Positions 1-10,160 of a stretch of 64,000 bases of DNA are shown one piece after another (positions within the stretch are counted from its first letter, which is position 1; every line of letters starts with the position of its first letter). A program made the translations under genes and the position numbers. The stretch comes from Promethearchaeota archaeon. GTDB taxonomy: Archaea > Asgardarchaeota > Lokiarchaeia > Sigyniarchaeales > SOKP01. The stretch is taken from contig JALGVJ010000010.1 of the NCBI GenBank assembly GCA_029838195.1, forward strand, positions 1 to 64,000, given 5' to 3'. The notes under the pieces were generated by a model, which saw only the letters and a list, made by a program, of their open reading frames with translations, did no database searches and was not told the origin of the DNA.

Positions 1-392
1 ATTTTTCGATACATTAATATATAATAGATCGTTATGTTTTTTCAACTTTTTAGTGGTTTTGTCGCCAATCTTAGAGCTGGAGCGTGGTAACTGAGATTAA
101 TTTGCTACCTCATATTTTTTTTATACTCGTGTTCATGATTAAGGATTTATTAGATATAAAAAGTGATATTTTCTTTAAATTTATATGAAAAATGTTGATT
201 TTGAATCCAAACAAGATCAAGTCTTAGATTATTGAAGGCCCCTAAAAATAGGGATAAATATATATTCACGATTTTTAATGTATTTCTTGCAAGAAATTTT
301 TATTATAAAATTAAAAATATTTTTATAGATTCACATCAAAATAATCTTTTGTAAGAATCGATTCCTCTATAAAAAGGGATAGAGCGGAAGAA

Positions 393-3335
393 GTGAATTC
401 ATTAATTTTAAATACTAAAGAGATTAAGGAATTAATCAAATTTGGCAAGCATGCAGAGGCCGCTGAAAAATTATTTTCAATATTAGAGGAAACTAAAAAT
501 TATCAGAATAAAGATCTCTTATATGCCGCATTATCTCTCTTAAATTTAATCAGCGATAAATCACCATCTATTTCTTTACGAGCGGCTAAAACTGTTCAAT
601 ATTTTATTAATGACATTAATTCATGGATAAGATTAGTTAGCTTGGAAATATTGTATCAAATTTCTAAATATCGTCCAAATTTACTTATTGATCTGATAGA
701 CAAGATTAGAGCCCGCATGTATGATAGAGATGTTCCGGTTCGGCGATTAGCGGTAAAAATAATGGGATCTTTAATCTTATCATTACACATTGACATTAAT
801 GATTTACGAATTCTAATTGAAGAATATACGGAGAAATTATTAGACAATGATTGGAAAGTAAAATTACAAGCGATCAAGACCATTAAAACCATTTTAAATG
901 AAGATTATACGAAAATCCCTGATCTAGAACCTCTTTTATCCATCGTGATAATCAATCTAAGAGATGAAGATGAAGATGTGGCGAGAGCTTCTGCAGAATT
1001 GTTAAAATTAATTGGAACTTATTTCCTTTCTAAAGAAAAAATTTTGCACGTGCTTTTAAACTTGTTATATAATGAAGAAACAGAGGTTAAAGAACACGTT
1101 ATTAAGTTATTTGGGGAGATCGGGAAGGAAAAATCTTCTGAAATCATTCCTTTCATTCCAAAATTGATCAACTTATTAAAAGAGCCGGAATATTCGCTTC
1201 AAATGAGAGCCATAGAAGCCCTCGTGGATATTGGGAAAAATAATTTTGATCAAATATGGTCTAATTTGATTAATTCATTAGATTTGGGAGATCAAGAATT
1301 TCGAAATAATCTCATAAATACCTTGTATCACTTATGCGAAACTAATTTAGATAAGATACTTCCTCGCATATTTGAGGAAATAGAGAATCCCTCAGAAAAT
1401 ATTCGAAAATCCATTTCTCTCGTGTTAAAACGATTATTTGATGAGCATCCAACCGAAATCAATACCGAAATTGCGAAAATATTTTATAAATTAGAATCTA
1501 AATTTTGGAGGAAACGACAAGAAGCCATTCATTTACTTTTAAACTTGTTTTTCATTCTCAAGGATGAGAAATTGGCTATATGGATTTTGATCGAATTCAA
1601 TGAAGCCTTAAAAAAAGAAAAAGATTATGATGTAAAAAAAGAAATTATTAATTGTATGGAAAAAATTACTGCATCATTTAAAGATATCCCCCAAAAATTA
1701 GAAGAAATTTATACTCAAATTGCTCTCTTAAAAGAAGGAATAAAGAGATTTCAGCGAATGCCCGCTCAATTTCGAGAACGCTTGAGTTTTTACGTAAATA
1801 AATTCAAGTTTAATAAGACGGAAATTCAGTTGAAGAGAATGCATGATCATATCATGAAAAGAATCAAGGTGTTCGATGAAAACGTGAAAAAATTTGAGTA
1901 TAAATATCTGAGCATTGATTTATTTGAGGAATGGGAAGAAACCAGAGTACAAATTATTGAAGAATTGAATATCATTAGGGAATTTATTTCTGACATGTGT
2001 GAAGTAAAAAAAAAAGAATTCCTTACTGAATTACAAGATAAAATCGCTTTCTTGGAAAAAAAAATTGAAGTGCTTAGAGTAAAATTCGACCATGTAAAGA
2101 ATTATAAATTTCGATTAAATTTATACATGGCATTAACGGAAACAGAATTGGAAAATGATTTGGAAGAAAAATTAACCTTGATGATGGATATTAGAAAGCA
2201 TTTATTCAATCTCGATGGAGATATCAGAGAATTATTGATTCAAAATCTAGAATTTAGTGATATCTTTAATGATTTAATAAAAAAATGGATTGAGCTCAAG
2301 ATTGAAATTCAAAAATATCTTTCCGAGTTTGAACGACAAATAAAAACCATGAAACATAAAGTGCTCACCCATTATCTTAAATTAAAAAATAAACCCCATG
2401 TGTTAGGGGAAAATAAAATTAATGGCTTGGATAAAGAATTAACTCTCCAAATACTTCAAGGCCATTTTCAATCAGTGATTTCTCAAGCAATTAATGAAGT
2501 TAAAAAGTTTAATGAAAACCATAAAGGTCTGAAAGTTAAATTGAATTTTTTAATAAAAAAGAGGGAATATGTTCAAGTAAAAAAATTGATTGAATTAAAT
2601 TCTACTCAAATTCAAAATTTCATTCAAGAAATAGATGCTAGAATTGATGAAATTATTGGAAAAGACGAGATTTTTGAAAAAAGCAACGGGTTTACCTTAT
2701 TCATTCGTCCTTATCTTATTCGATGGAATAAATGGAAGGATAAATTATTATCCAAATCGAAAAAATTCATGGAAATGAGCATGGAAAGATTATATTTGAG
2801 TCAAATCAAGTATTATTTAAACATTATCAATCCTATCGACCTAGAATTTTTATCCTCTTATATAGGATTACAACCAGGCCATATGAAAAAATTAATTATC
2901 GCTTTCATCAATAATGGCAAATTGAATGCCAAAATTATAAAAAATTCTCTTTATTCCCAAGAAATCAATAATGATTTTCTTGAATCGAAACCCATCACGC
3001 TACAAAAACAATTAAAAAAAGTGGGAGATGAGATACAAGGCTACTTTAAATTAATGAATCCTTCCTCTCTCGTTTATCAAGATATACAAGTCATGCTTCA
3101 AATTCCTTCAATTTTAAAACTTAAAAAAGAAATCAGCTATCCTAAAATCTTTTATTTGAATGATCTAAAACAAGGAAAGAGTTTTGAATTTAATTATGTT
3201 TTTCTCATGGATAAAGAATCGAAAAAAACTCTTACTACCATGGACTCACAAGAAATCATTTTAAATATTTATTACAAGGATCCTTTTAATATTAGTCATG
3301 AAAAATCCGAAAAAATCTCTATCCTCATTCCGTGA
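393..3335 (+). CDS. Large HEAT/ARM-repeat protein with coiled-coil, PCI-like winged helix and C-terminal Ig-like (adaptin appendage-like) domain
   Basis: GTG start. Repeated HEAT motifs (DRDVPVRRLAV, DNDWKVKLQAI, DEDEDVARASA). PCI-like segment IDLEFLSSYIGL..MKKLIIAFINNGKLNAKI. C-terminal FKLMNPSSLVYQDIQVMLQIPSILKL beta-sandwich pattern. Confidence 0.75.
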   Translation: MNSLILNTKEIKELIKFGKHAEAAEKLFSILEETKNYQNKDLLYAALSLLNLISDKSPSISLRAAKTVQYFINDINSWIRLVSLEILYQISKYRPNLLIDLIDKIRARMYDRDVPVRRLAVKIMGSLILSLHIDINDLRILIEEYTEKLLDNDWKVKLQAIKTIKTILNEDYTKIPDLEPLLSIVIINLRDEDEDVARASAELLKLIGTYFLSKEKILHVLLNLLYNEETEVKEHVIKLFGEIGKEKSSEIIPFIPKLINLLKEPEYSLQMRAIEALVDIGKNNFDQIWSNLINSLDLGDQEFRNNLINTLYHLCETNLDKILPRIFEEIENPSENIRKSISLVLKRLFDEHPTEINTEIAKIFYKLESKFWRKRQEAIHLLLNLFFILKDEKLAIWILIEFNEALKKEKDYDVKKEIINCMEKITASFKDIPQKLEEIYTQIALLKEGIKRFQRMPAQFRERLSFYVNKFKFNKTEIQLKRMHDHIMKRIKVFDENVKKFEYKYLSIDLFEEWEETRVQIIEELNIIREFISDMCEVKKKEFLTELQDKIAFLEKKIEVLRVKFDHVKNYKFRLNLYMALTETELENDLEEKLTLMMDIRKHLFNLDGDIRELLIQNLEFSDIFNDLIKKWIELKIEIQKYLSEFERQIKTMKHKVLTHYLKLKNKPHVLGENKINGLDKELTLQILQGHFQSVISQAINEVKKFNENHKGLKVKLNFLIKKREYVQVKKLIELNSTQIQNFIQEIDARIDEIIGKDEIFEKSNGFTLFIRPYLIRWNKWKDKLLSKSKKFMEMSMERLYLSQIKYYLNIINPIDLEFLSSYIGLQPGHMKKLIIAFINNGKLNAKIIKNSLYSQEINNDFLESKPITLQKQLKKVGDEIQGYFKLMNPSSLVYQDIQVMLQIPSILKLKKEISYPKIFYLNDLKQGKSFEFNYVFLMDKESKKTLTTMDSQEIILNIYYKDPFNISHEKSEKISILIP

Positions 3336-3473
3336 CTTAAAATAATGCGCATTAATAAGAAATAAATGAAAAAACTTTACCCCAAAGTGGATTGTAAACT
3401 CAAGGAATTTAATCATCATCAAAAAAATAAAAGGAAATTAGAAGCGATGTAAAAAAATTACTTTAAATATTTT

Positions 3474-3580
3474 TTATTTTATTGATATACCCCATTCCAC
3501 GCAATATTTTGCTGATATGGGATTACTTGCTTCACAATGAGGATAATATTTTATACACCAAGGATTACATAATTTTTAAC
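3474..3580 (-). pseudogene. Decayed zinc-ribbon gene remnant
   Basis: The minus frame reads KYYPHCEASNPISAKYCVEWGISIK*, a CPxC-x10-CxxCG ribbon with two Cys replaced by TAT/TGG. Stops lie upstream and there is no start. Confidence 0.5.
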
Positions 3581-3759
3581 TGAGGGTATAAGATATTTCT
3601 CAGGTGGTTGAGTTTCTTTCGGATAACTATACCTTTGAAGTTCAATATAAATACTTGCTAGTTTTATTGCTTTTGCTTTTTCATAAAATTAATTATTTTT
3701 TACTCCATGTTAATTCATTTAAATTAATTTGATCTATCGAGCCCTTCGATAATACCTAA

Positions 3760-3777
3760 CGAAAGCCTTAATAAATA
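3760..3777 (+). promoter_or_regulatory. Candidate archaeal BRE/TATA promoter upstream of selD
   Basis: CGAAAG followed by CCTTAATAAATA resembles BRE+TATA. Confidence 0.3.
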
Positions 3778-3973
3778 CTCGGCATTATTTTCATTACAAT
3801 TAATTTAAATTTTATCGATAAATTTAAAATGAATATACGCACGGAAACAAGGTTATTCATGGGAATCGAGATTAATAGAGTCAAGAATATGGGAATTGAG
3901 AATAACGAGAAAATAAAATTTTAAAAAAATTATAAATAATTGTTTAAATATTAATTAAAAAATGAGGTGCAAA

Positions 3974-4996
3974 ATGGAAGAAAAATATAGACTAACCCAA
4001 CAAGTAAAAATTCACGGATGAAGCTGTAAACTTGGTCAAAAGAATCTTCAAGATTTATTGAATAAAGTAAAATTGGATGCAAATGCCGAAGACTCTGCTG
4101 TCATTCCCGTTCCAAACTCAGAATTAGTTTTGGTCAAAAATATTGATATACTTACACCAATCGTTGATGAACCAGAAATCATGGGCCAAATCGCAGCATG
4201 TAACGTTACTAACGATATTTTTGCGATGAATGTACCAGAAATTTCAGGCATGTTAGTATTTCTTGCGATTCAAACAAATACTCCGGAGGAAATTGCAGAA
4301 GGGTTATTAAAAGGAGTAAAGACTTTCTTGGAAACTAAAATTAACTCTAAAATTGTGGGAGGGCATACAATTTACTGCGAATGGCCATTAATAGGAGGAG
4401 AAGCCTCCGGGTTTGTTCACGAAAAGGCGATTATCCCTAAAGGTGGAGTAAAAAGAGGAGATCAATTAATTTTAACAAAACCCATGGGCATTCAAGCCAT
4501 CACTGCGGCCTATAGACTCCAAAAAGAGTTTCCCGAAATGCTAGAAAATTATTCTCTAAAAGAACTACAAAATTCAATAGATTTAGCCATTAGCCTCATG
4601 ACTACTTCCAATCAAGGAGTTGTTAAAGCCATTCATTCATTCGAGGATTTTTCTTTCATTCATGCCATGACTGATATTACGGGTTTTGGATTGGCGGGAC
4701 ACGTACGTGAAATGCTTCAAGATTCCCCCCTTTCAGCTACTATCTACACGATTCCTTCTATAAAACTTGCAAAAGAATTATCCAATGAATTCGGCTATGC
4801 TTTTGATGAATGCTTGTGTCATGAAACTGCTGGAGGCATGATAATGGCTGTTGATCCTTCTAAAGCGGAAGAATTTAGCGAAAAGTTAAAGAAAAAAGGT
4901 ATCTCTAATTGGAACGTAGGTGAAATTGATAAAATAAAAGCCGGAGTCGTGCGCATTTCTGAACATGCTGAAAATATAGAAATTTCTAAATATTAA
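3974..4996 (+). CDS. selD: Selenophosphate synthetase (selenide, water dikinase), selenocysteine-containing
   Basis: ATG at 3974 after SD-like GAGGTG is in frame with ORF 4058. It reads MEEKYRLTQQVKIHG-U(TGA 4019-4021)-SCKLG. SelD motifs present: EDSAV, NDIFAM, GGHT, LTKPMG, TDITGFGLAGH, ETAGG. Confidence 0.95.
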
Positions 4997-5063
4997 AGAT
5001 GCCTTTGATATAAACTTTAAATTTTAGAGTTTATGGAGGATTCCACTCGCAAGGTGGCATCTT
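4996..5063 (+). promoter_or_regulatory. SECIS-like element in the selD 3' UTR
   Basis: AAGATGCC/GGCATCTT outer helix. TGA(5006-5008)...GA(5036-5037) core flanks the ATAAACT/AGTTTAT helix with an A/T-rich apical loop. Confidence 0.75.
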
Positions 5064-5157
5064 AATTCGTGCTTTTCTATTAATTTTGAATCTTTCACTT
5101 TTTATTTAAATTTCACGTATTAAATTAATCTAAATCAAACACGTTATTGACCATCAT

Positions 5158-5949
5158 TTAATATTCTTTCAGCTTACCATTAAGCTCCAAGACAATCTTT
5201 TTCATTTTTTCAATAACTTCATCAACTAATTGTTCGCCGTTTTCCACATTAAAACACGTTATAGAAAGCTCAACCTCAATAGATAATCCTACCTTTGGAT
5301 GTGTTTTAATCCAGAGTTGTGGATACTCCTTTTCTAACCTCGTGACATGAGGAGCAATCTGGGATTCTCCAATACCCATGAATATGAAGCCTTTTTGAAT
5401 GAATTGCTCCTTTTTTTCTTTAAGCATGGGGAGGATGGAATTCTTAAACATGGCTTTCATTTCCATTGGAACTCCGGGAAGACAGAAGATTTGCGTTTTT
5501 CCAACTTTCAATTTCACACCAGGCGCTGTTCCCCTGATATTTTTTAAAGGAATGCTTCCCCTTGGAAGATATGCCATTTTCTCTCTTTCGGGAGTCATTC
5601 CTTGGAGTTTCAAGATACCTTGCTTATAAGCATTTTCATATGCTTTTTCAATGCTTCTACGTGCTTCTAAGTTTAATATTAATTTTCGATTTAACGCTTT
5701 TGCAACACCTTTTAAAGTCATATCATCAAAAGTAGGACCCAGCCCGCCTGATATTATTAGCACATCTGGTTGCCTCTCTAAAATACTGCGCAAAGTACTT
5801 GATATGTCATCCAAATCATCTCCTATTGTTGTAATTCTACGCACGTGATGTCCATGTTTCGTTATTCTTTTAGCCATCCAATTGGAATTCGTGTCTTGAG
5901 TTTTACCGATTAAGATTTCGTTTCCAATGATGAGCAGTTCAACATTCAT
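5158..5949 (-). CDS. cinA: Competence/damage-inducible protein CinA N-terminal (molybdopterin-binding-like) family
   Basis: IGNEILIGKTQDTNS, SGGLGPTFDDMT, GTAPG, LPGVPMEM. Confidence 0.9.
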   Translation of the reverse strand: MNVELLIIGNEILIGKTQDTNSNWMAKRITKHGHHVRRITTIGDDLDDISSTLRSILERQPDVLIISGGLGPTFDDMTLKGVAKALNRKLILNLEARRSIEKAYENAYKQGILKLQGMTPEREKMAYLPRGSIPLKNIRGTAPGVKLKVGKTQIFCLPGVPMEMKAMFKNSILPMLKEKKEQFIQKGFIFMGIGESQIAPHVTRLEKEYPQLWIKTHPKVGLSIEVELSITCFNVENGEQLVDEVIEKMKKIVLELNGKLKEY

Positions 5950-6523
5950 TTTTAAAAAACAGAAGGCTAAATTTTTAAAAGTTAATAATTAAAATCTTCT
6001 TTTTATCTTTAATTTTATAAGTTTACTTCAAGATGGATAATAAAACATTTGAAGTTCATTGCATGATAAACTATTTTAACTCTCAATGAGATTTCTTCAT
6101 TCTTTTGATAAAAAAAGCCTATTTTGGTGCTATTTTGCATCTAGATCCGGCGTTGTTCTCTTTTATAAAAAAAAGTCTCCTCCTTCCTTTATCATCATCG
6201 AGTATTTTTCATTTTTAAGATATATTTTTTAAAAGAGAGAAGCATGTTAAAACGGGGTTTAAGCAATGGAAAAAAATATGGCGAGAACGTGCAATTAAAA
6301 AATATCTCGCATATGAAAAGCAACGTAAATCCTGAAATCATTATTTTGCGTGTGAATATTAATCGAGAAACAAGGTTCATGGTCCAATATTGAACAATGA
6401 GATTCTCCAAAAATTCTTATATGTATTATAATGTTTTATCACAAAGGCTCTTATGGAAAACTGAATTAGATCTTTTTATAATACAATTTTAACAAGCAAA
6501 TAAATTAAGGATGGGATAAGATC

Positions 6524-7207
6524 ATGAAAATTGTTATTTTTGCTCCTCATCCGGATGACGAAATTTATGGATGTGGAGGGAGTATTTTGAAATGGATGGA
6601 AGAAGATCATGATTTAGAAATTATCTATGTTACAGATAACCGCGTTCTCATCTCGTGGGGGAGAGCTAATAATCAATTAATAGAAGAAGAGGCAAAGGAT
6701 TTTATTAATTTGACTGAAGAAGAAGTTGCTCAGATAGCATTAAAAGAAGCGGAAGATGCAGCGAAAGCTTTTGGTTTTAAAAAGGATAAAGTTCATCTCT
6801 TTAAATTTCATGATCAAGAAGCCATGAATAATGTAGAGAAAGGCATGGAATTAGCCAAACCCATAATTAAAGATGCAGCTAGAATTGTCTTACCAAGTAA
6901 TAATAATAATCACGTGGATCACCAAGCAACTCACTTAATTGCTAAGAATGCTGCGAAAGAGCTGAACCTGACCATGACAGAATTTTATGTATATGCGATT
7001 TATAACGTGCTAAAAGCTCCCAGGGAAAAGCAAGTTAAGATTAATATTGTCCCATATCGCGATAAACTTTACGAAATAATGAAGAATTATAAGACTCAAT
7101 TGTGTTTAAAAGATACGAGAGTGGGCTGGGAGACCCTAAAGAGGAAACGTAGCGAAAGGTTTGGTGTTTTTCATTTCGAAGACATGAATCAGTATTATAA
7201 TTTTTAA
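6524..7207 (+). CDS. PIG-L/LmbE family deacetylase
   Basis: APHPDDE..GCGG and HVDH metal motifs. Confidence 0.9.
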   Translation: MKIVIFAPHPDDEIYGCGGSILKWMEEDHDLEIIYVTDNRVLISWGRANNQLIEEEAKDFINLTEEEVAQIALKEAEDAAKAFGFKKDKVHLFKFHDQEAMNNVEKGMELAKPIIKDAARIVLPSNNNNHVDHQATHLIAKNAAKELNLTMTEFYVYAIYNVLKAPREKQVKINIVPYRDKLYEIMKNYKTQLCLKDTRVGWETLKRKRSERFGVFHFEDMNQYYNF

Positions 7208-7941
7208 TTTAATTCAGTACCACAATTTTTACACGTTTTTGAGCCCGGAGGGTTTCTATGACCGCAAGCAAAACATACTACCTCGCCCGTTTCAGTTTTT
7301 TCATCTAATTCAATTTTTACTTCTCCGACTGTAGGTTCTGATGAGGTGGTTCCCTTTTTTTCTGTTTTTTGAGGCTTTAAAAGCTCTGTTTCATCACTTT
7401 TTTTGATTAATTTTTCAATATACGCCGCATCATGGGGAGTAACGATTTTAAACTCTTTTGGAGCTTCAATTTCTTTAAAACCATTTGGGATCTTTTTGCT
7501 TTCAGATCCTTCCATTTGGACTGATGGGTGTTCATTTTTGGTTTGAGCCTCCTTTTTAATACTTGGTTGATTCGAATCAAGAAAATCATGGTTAACTTCC
7601 ATTTCTTGTTTAACCTCTTTTTCTGAAGCAGATAGCTCGTCAATCTCTTCAATGAGTGGTGTTTCTTTGGATCCTATTGATATTTCTTCTTCTGGAATGG
7701 GCATGGAAGCCGCCGTGGCCTTTAATTTTAAATCTTTTACATGATCAATGATTTGTTCGGTTTTTTTAATTAACATGGCTTTAAATTTAAACTCAATATC
7801 ACTCCGTTTTGAGGCTTGCAATGCCAATTCTGAGATTTCTAACCATCGCTTTATGGCGTCTTGCAATTCTCCATGATTCTCAAGTCTTTTAGCCGTTGCT
7901 ATTTTATCTTTAAGGATTTTATTAAATCGTGCTACATCCAT
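7204..7941 (-). CDS. MIT-domain protein with acidic linker and C-terminal zinc ribbon
   Basis: Three-helix pattern AKRLENHGELQDAIKRW...LIKKTEQIIDHVKDLK. C-terminal CFACG..CKNCG. Confidence 0.65.
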   Translation of the reverse strand: MDVARFNKILKDKIATAKRLENHGELQDAIKRWLEISELALQASKRSDIEFKFKAMLIKKTEQIIDHVKDLKLKATAASMPIPEEEISIGSKETPLIEEIDELSASEKEVKQEMEVNHDFLDSNQPSIKKEAQTKNEHPSVQMEGSESKKIPNGFKEIEAPKEFKIVTPHDAAYIEKLIKKSDETELLKPQKTEKKGTTSSEPTVGEVKIELDEKTETGEVVCFACGHRNPPGSKTCKNCGTELN

Positions 7942-8276
7942 TCTTGAAGTATCCTCATTTAATTTTGATCCAATTAAGAAGAAAAAGAAATTTCATCTAT
8001 TAATTTCTATGTGTTCAAAACCATTTTATTAAATTTTTAGAAGAAAATTATTTTAGGAGAGAATTTTTAAATTAATCGGGTTTTTATCAAGCTTCTTTCT
8101 TTAATTCAGATACATTTTTTTCCATAACTATAGACGATTACAGCCATATTGATGAATTAATCGCTCGATTTGAATCTCGCCTGGATATTACTATATAATA
8201 ATTTTTTCAAGAAATTGTAAGACGTTATGTGGAATTATTCGATTTTCAACAAAATGAGAAGTAATAAAAAAAAATA

Positions 8277-10160
8277 TTAATATAAATCTTTCAGAGTAAA
8301 TTCTAAACTTAACTCCATTAATGTCTTCTTTAGAGGATATCCCGTTTCTGGATTCCATCCCATTTTTTTACAATATCCCTTGTAATCTCCAACATAATCA
8401 ATCGTGATACCTTTCCATGGCCCTCGTTCAAATGGAGGGTCTCCAATTGATCTGCCTGGTAACTTATTTCTTGCTATAGTGATTCCTTCTCGAATCGTAA
8501 AGGCTTGCCGTAATGTTTGAATTCGCATGCCACATTCAAGTAATTCTTCCATGGATATGTCCCATCCCGTAAGCGCATTTAAGAATTTTAATAAGGGATA
8601 AGATTGGATGTCCCATGAAAACCAACAGATCCCCAAGCTATTTGTTGATTGGGTTAGACACGTTATTCTTTTCATTGCTTCATGCCTGCTACTTGATCCC
8701 ATTTTTTCGAGACCTTTCGGCAAGGTAAATCCTTCATATAAATCTCCATCTTTTACGGGTGATGTGAGGTACCAATCTAAGCTTGCTGCTGTATGGCGTC
8801 CTGGTGTTGGGTCAAAAGAATACGTCATTCCGAGGGAGGGATAAATCTTAGGATCATGCATGGGAAGTTCTTGTCCTAACGAATGAATGGCGTATTTTTC
8901 GCTTCCTTTCCCTATTTTTTGTGAGGCACGTTTAACGCCATCTGCCAAAATATCTCCAATCCCCTCTCTATTAATGATCTTGTTTACCAATTGTATAATT
9001 GCTTCCGAATTTCCCCAGTTGAGTTCAAGCCCATCAGTATCTTCTTTAGTGAGAATCCCTTTTTCATAACATTCAAGAGCAAATGAAATAATTCCTCCGG
9101 TAGAAATGGTATCTATTCCGGCGCGATTGCACGTGTCATTAAGCTTAAAAATGGCCATTAAATCATCATTTAAGAGTAAAGATCCAAACGCAGAACATGT
9201 TTCATATTCCGGCAAGTGCATTTCCGTAATTCCCAGCTCTTCTATTTTCATGATAGCTCCACATTGTATTGGGCACGAAAAGCATCCATAATCCTTAACC
9301 TTGTATTCTTGAATTTTTTCTCCGGAGATTTTTTCCAATTTATTCTCGGGAAAATGATCCTCCGGATTTCCACTCCAATTCTTTATTGGGCTGTCCCCAA
9401 TTTTTCCTGCTGATACTATGTTTGAGGTAGTTCCAAATTCCCTCCATGTTTTGATCCTTGTCTCGTTCCTAATGGCATTAAAGGACTCATGATATTTTTT
9501 TATCAATGCTTTTAACTCGCTTTCTCGAGCAATCGGTATCTTACTTGTTCCTTTTAAAACGAGGGCTTTTAAATTTTTAGAGCCCATGACCGCTCCGAAG
9601 CCAGACCTGCCTGCAGCTCTTCCCAAATCATTAATAATGGCGGATACGAGCGAAAGGTTTTCTCCTGCTGGGCCTATACAAGCAACCCTTACATTTCCGT
9701 GCTTTTTTTTTAATTTTTGTTCCGTTTGCATGCAATCCAATCCCCAAAGTCCAGTCGCGTTTATAATCTCTTTTTGATCGTCTTTAATCAGTATATAGAC
9801 GGGGTTATCTGCTTTTCCTTCAATTAAAATCCCATCATATCCGCATTTTTTAATTTCGGGTCCGAAATATCCTCCCGCATTAGAATCTCCCCACGTTTCC
9901 GTAAGGGGCGATTTTCCCGCCACCATGTAACGTCCCGTAAAAGGAATGGACGTGCCGGTAAAAAGTCCCGGAAAAAAACCAAAAATGACTTCCGGGTCAA
10001 GAGCAGCAATTCTTGCCGGCATCCTTTCATAGATCAGCTTGCAAGCCAAGCCGTATCCTCCAAAATATTGGAGATAATCCGTTTCGGGGATTTCAAGTTC
10101 TTGAATTTCTTTATTGGAGAGATTTATTAACAAAACCTTGCCAAAATACCCTTGCTTCAT
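8277..10160 (-). CDS. aor: Tungsten-type aldehyde:ferredoxin oxidoreductase
   Basis: KSPLT, IGPAGEN, AAGRSGFGAVMGSKNLKA, CFSCPIQC, PEYET, GIDTISTG. Confidence 0.93.
   Translation of the reverse strand: MKQGYFGKVLLINLSNKEIQELEIPETDYLQYFGGYGLACKLIYERMPARIAALDPEVIFGFFPGLFTGTSIPFTGRYMVAGKSPLTETWGDSNAGGYFGPEIKKCGYDGILIEGKADNPVYILIKDDQKEIINATGLWGLDCMQTEQKLKKKHGNVRVACIGPAGENLSLVSAIINDLGRAAGRSGFGAVMGSKNLKALVLKGTSKIPIARESELKALIKKYHESFNAIRNETRIKTWREFGTTSNIVSAGKIGDSPIKNWSGNPEDHFPENKLEKISGEKIQEYKVKDYGCFSCPIQCGAIMKIEELGITEMHLPEYETCSAFGSLLLNDDLMAIFKLNDTCNRAGIDTISTGGIISFALECYEKGILTKEDTDGLELNWGNSEAIIQLVNKIINREGIGDILADGVKRASQKIGKGSEKYAIHSLGQELPMHDPKIYPSLGMTYSFDPTPGRHTAASLDWYLTSPVKDGDLYEGFTLPKGLEKMGSSSRHEAMKRITCLTQSTNSLGICWFSWDIQSYPLLKFLNALTGWDISMEELLECGMRIQTLRQAFTIREGITIARNKLPGRSIGDPPFERGPWKGITIDYVGDYKGYCKKMGWNPETGYPLKKTLMELSLEFTLKDLY

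Noticed and set aside
3582-3636. Possible structured ncRNA (GAGGGTATA/TATACCTTT stem)
   Set aside because: Weak and G-U rich, and it adjoins a decayed coding remnant. No family recognised.
4058-4060. ORF-track start of selD
   Set aside because: It is an internal TTG. The catalytic N-terminus lies upstream, across the Sec TGA.
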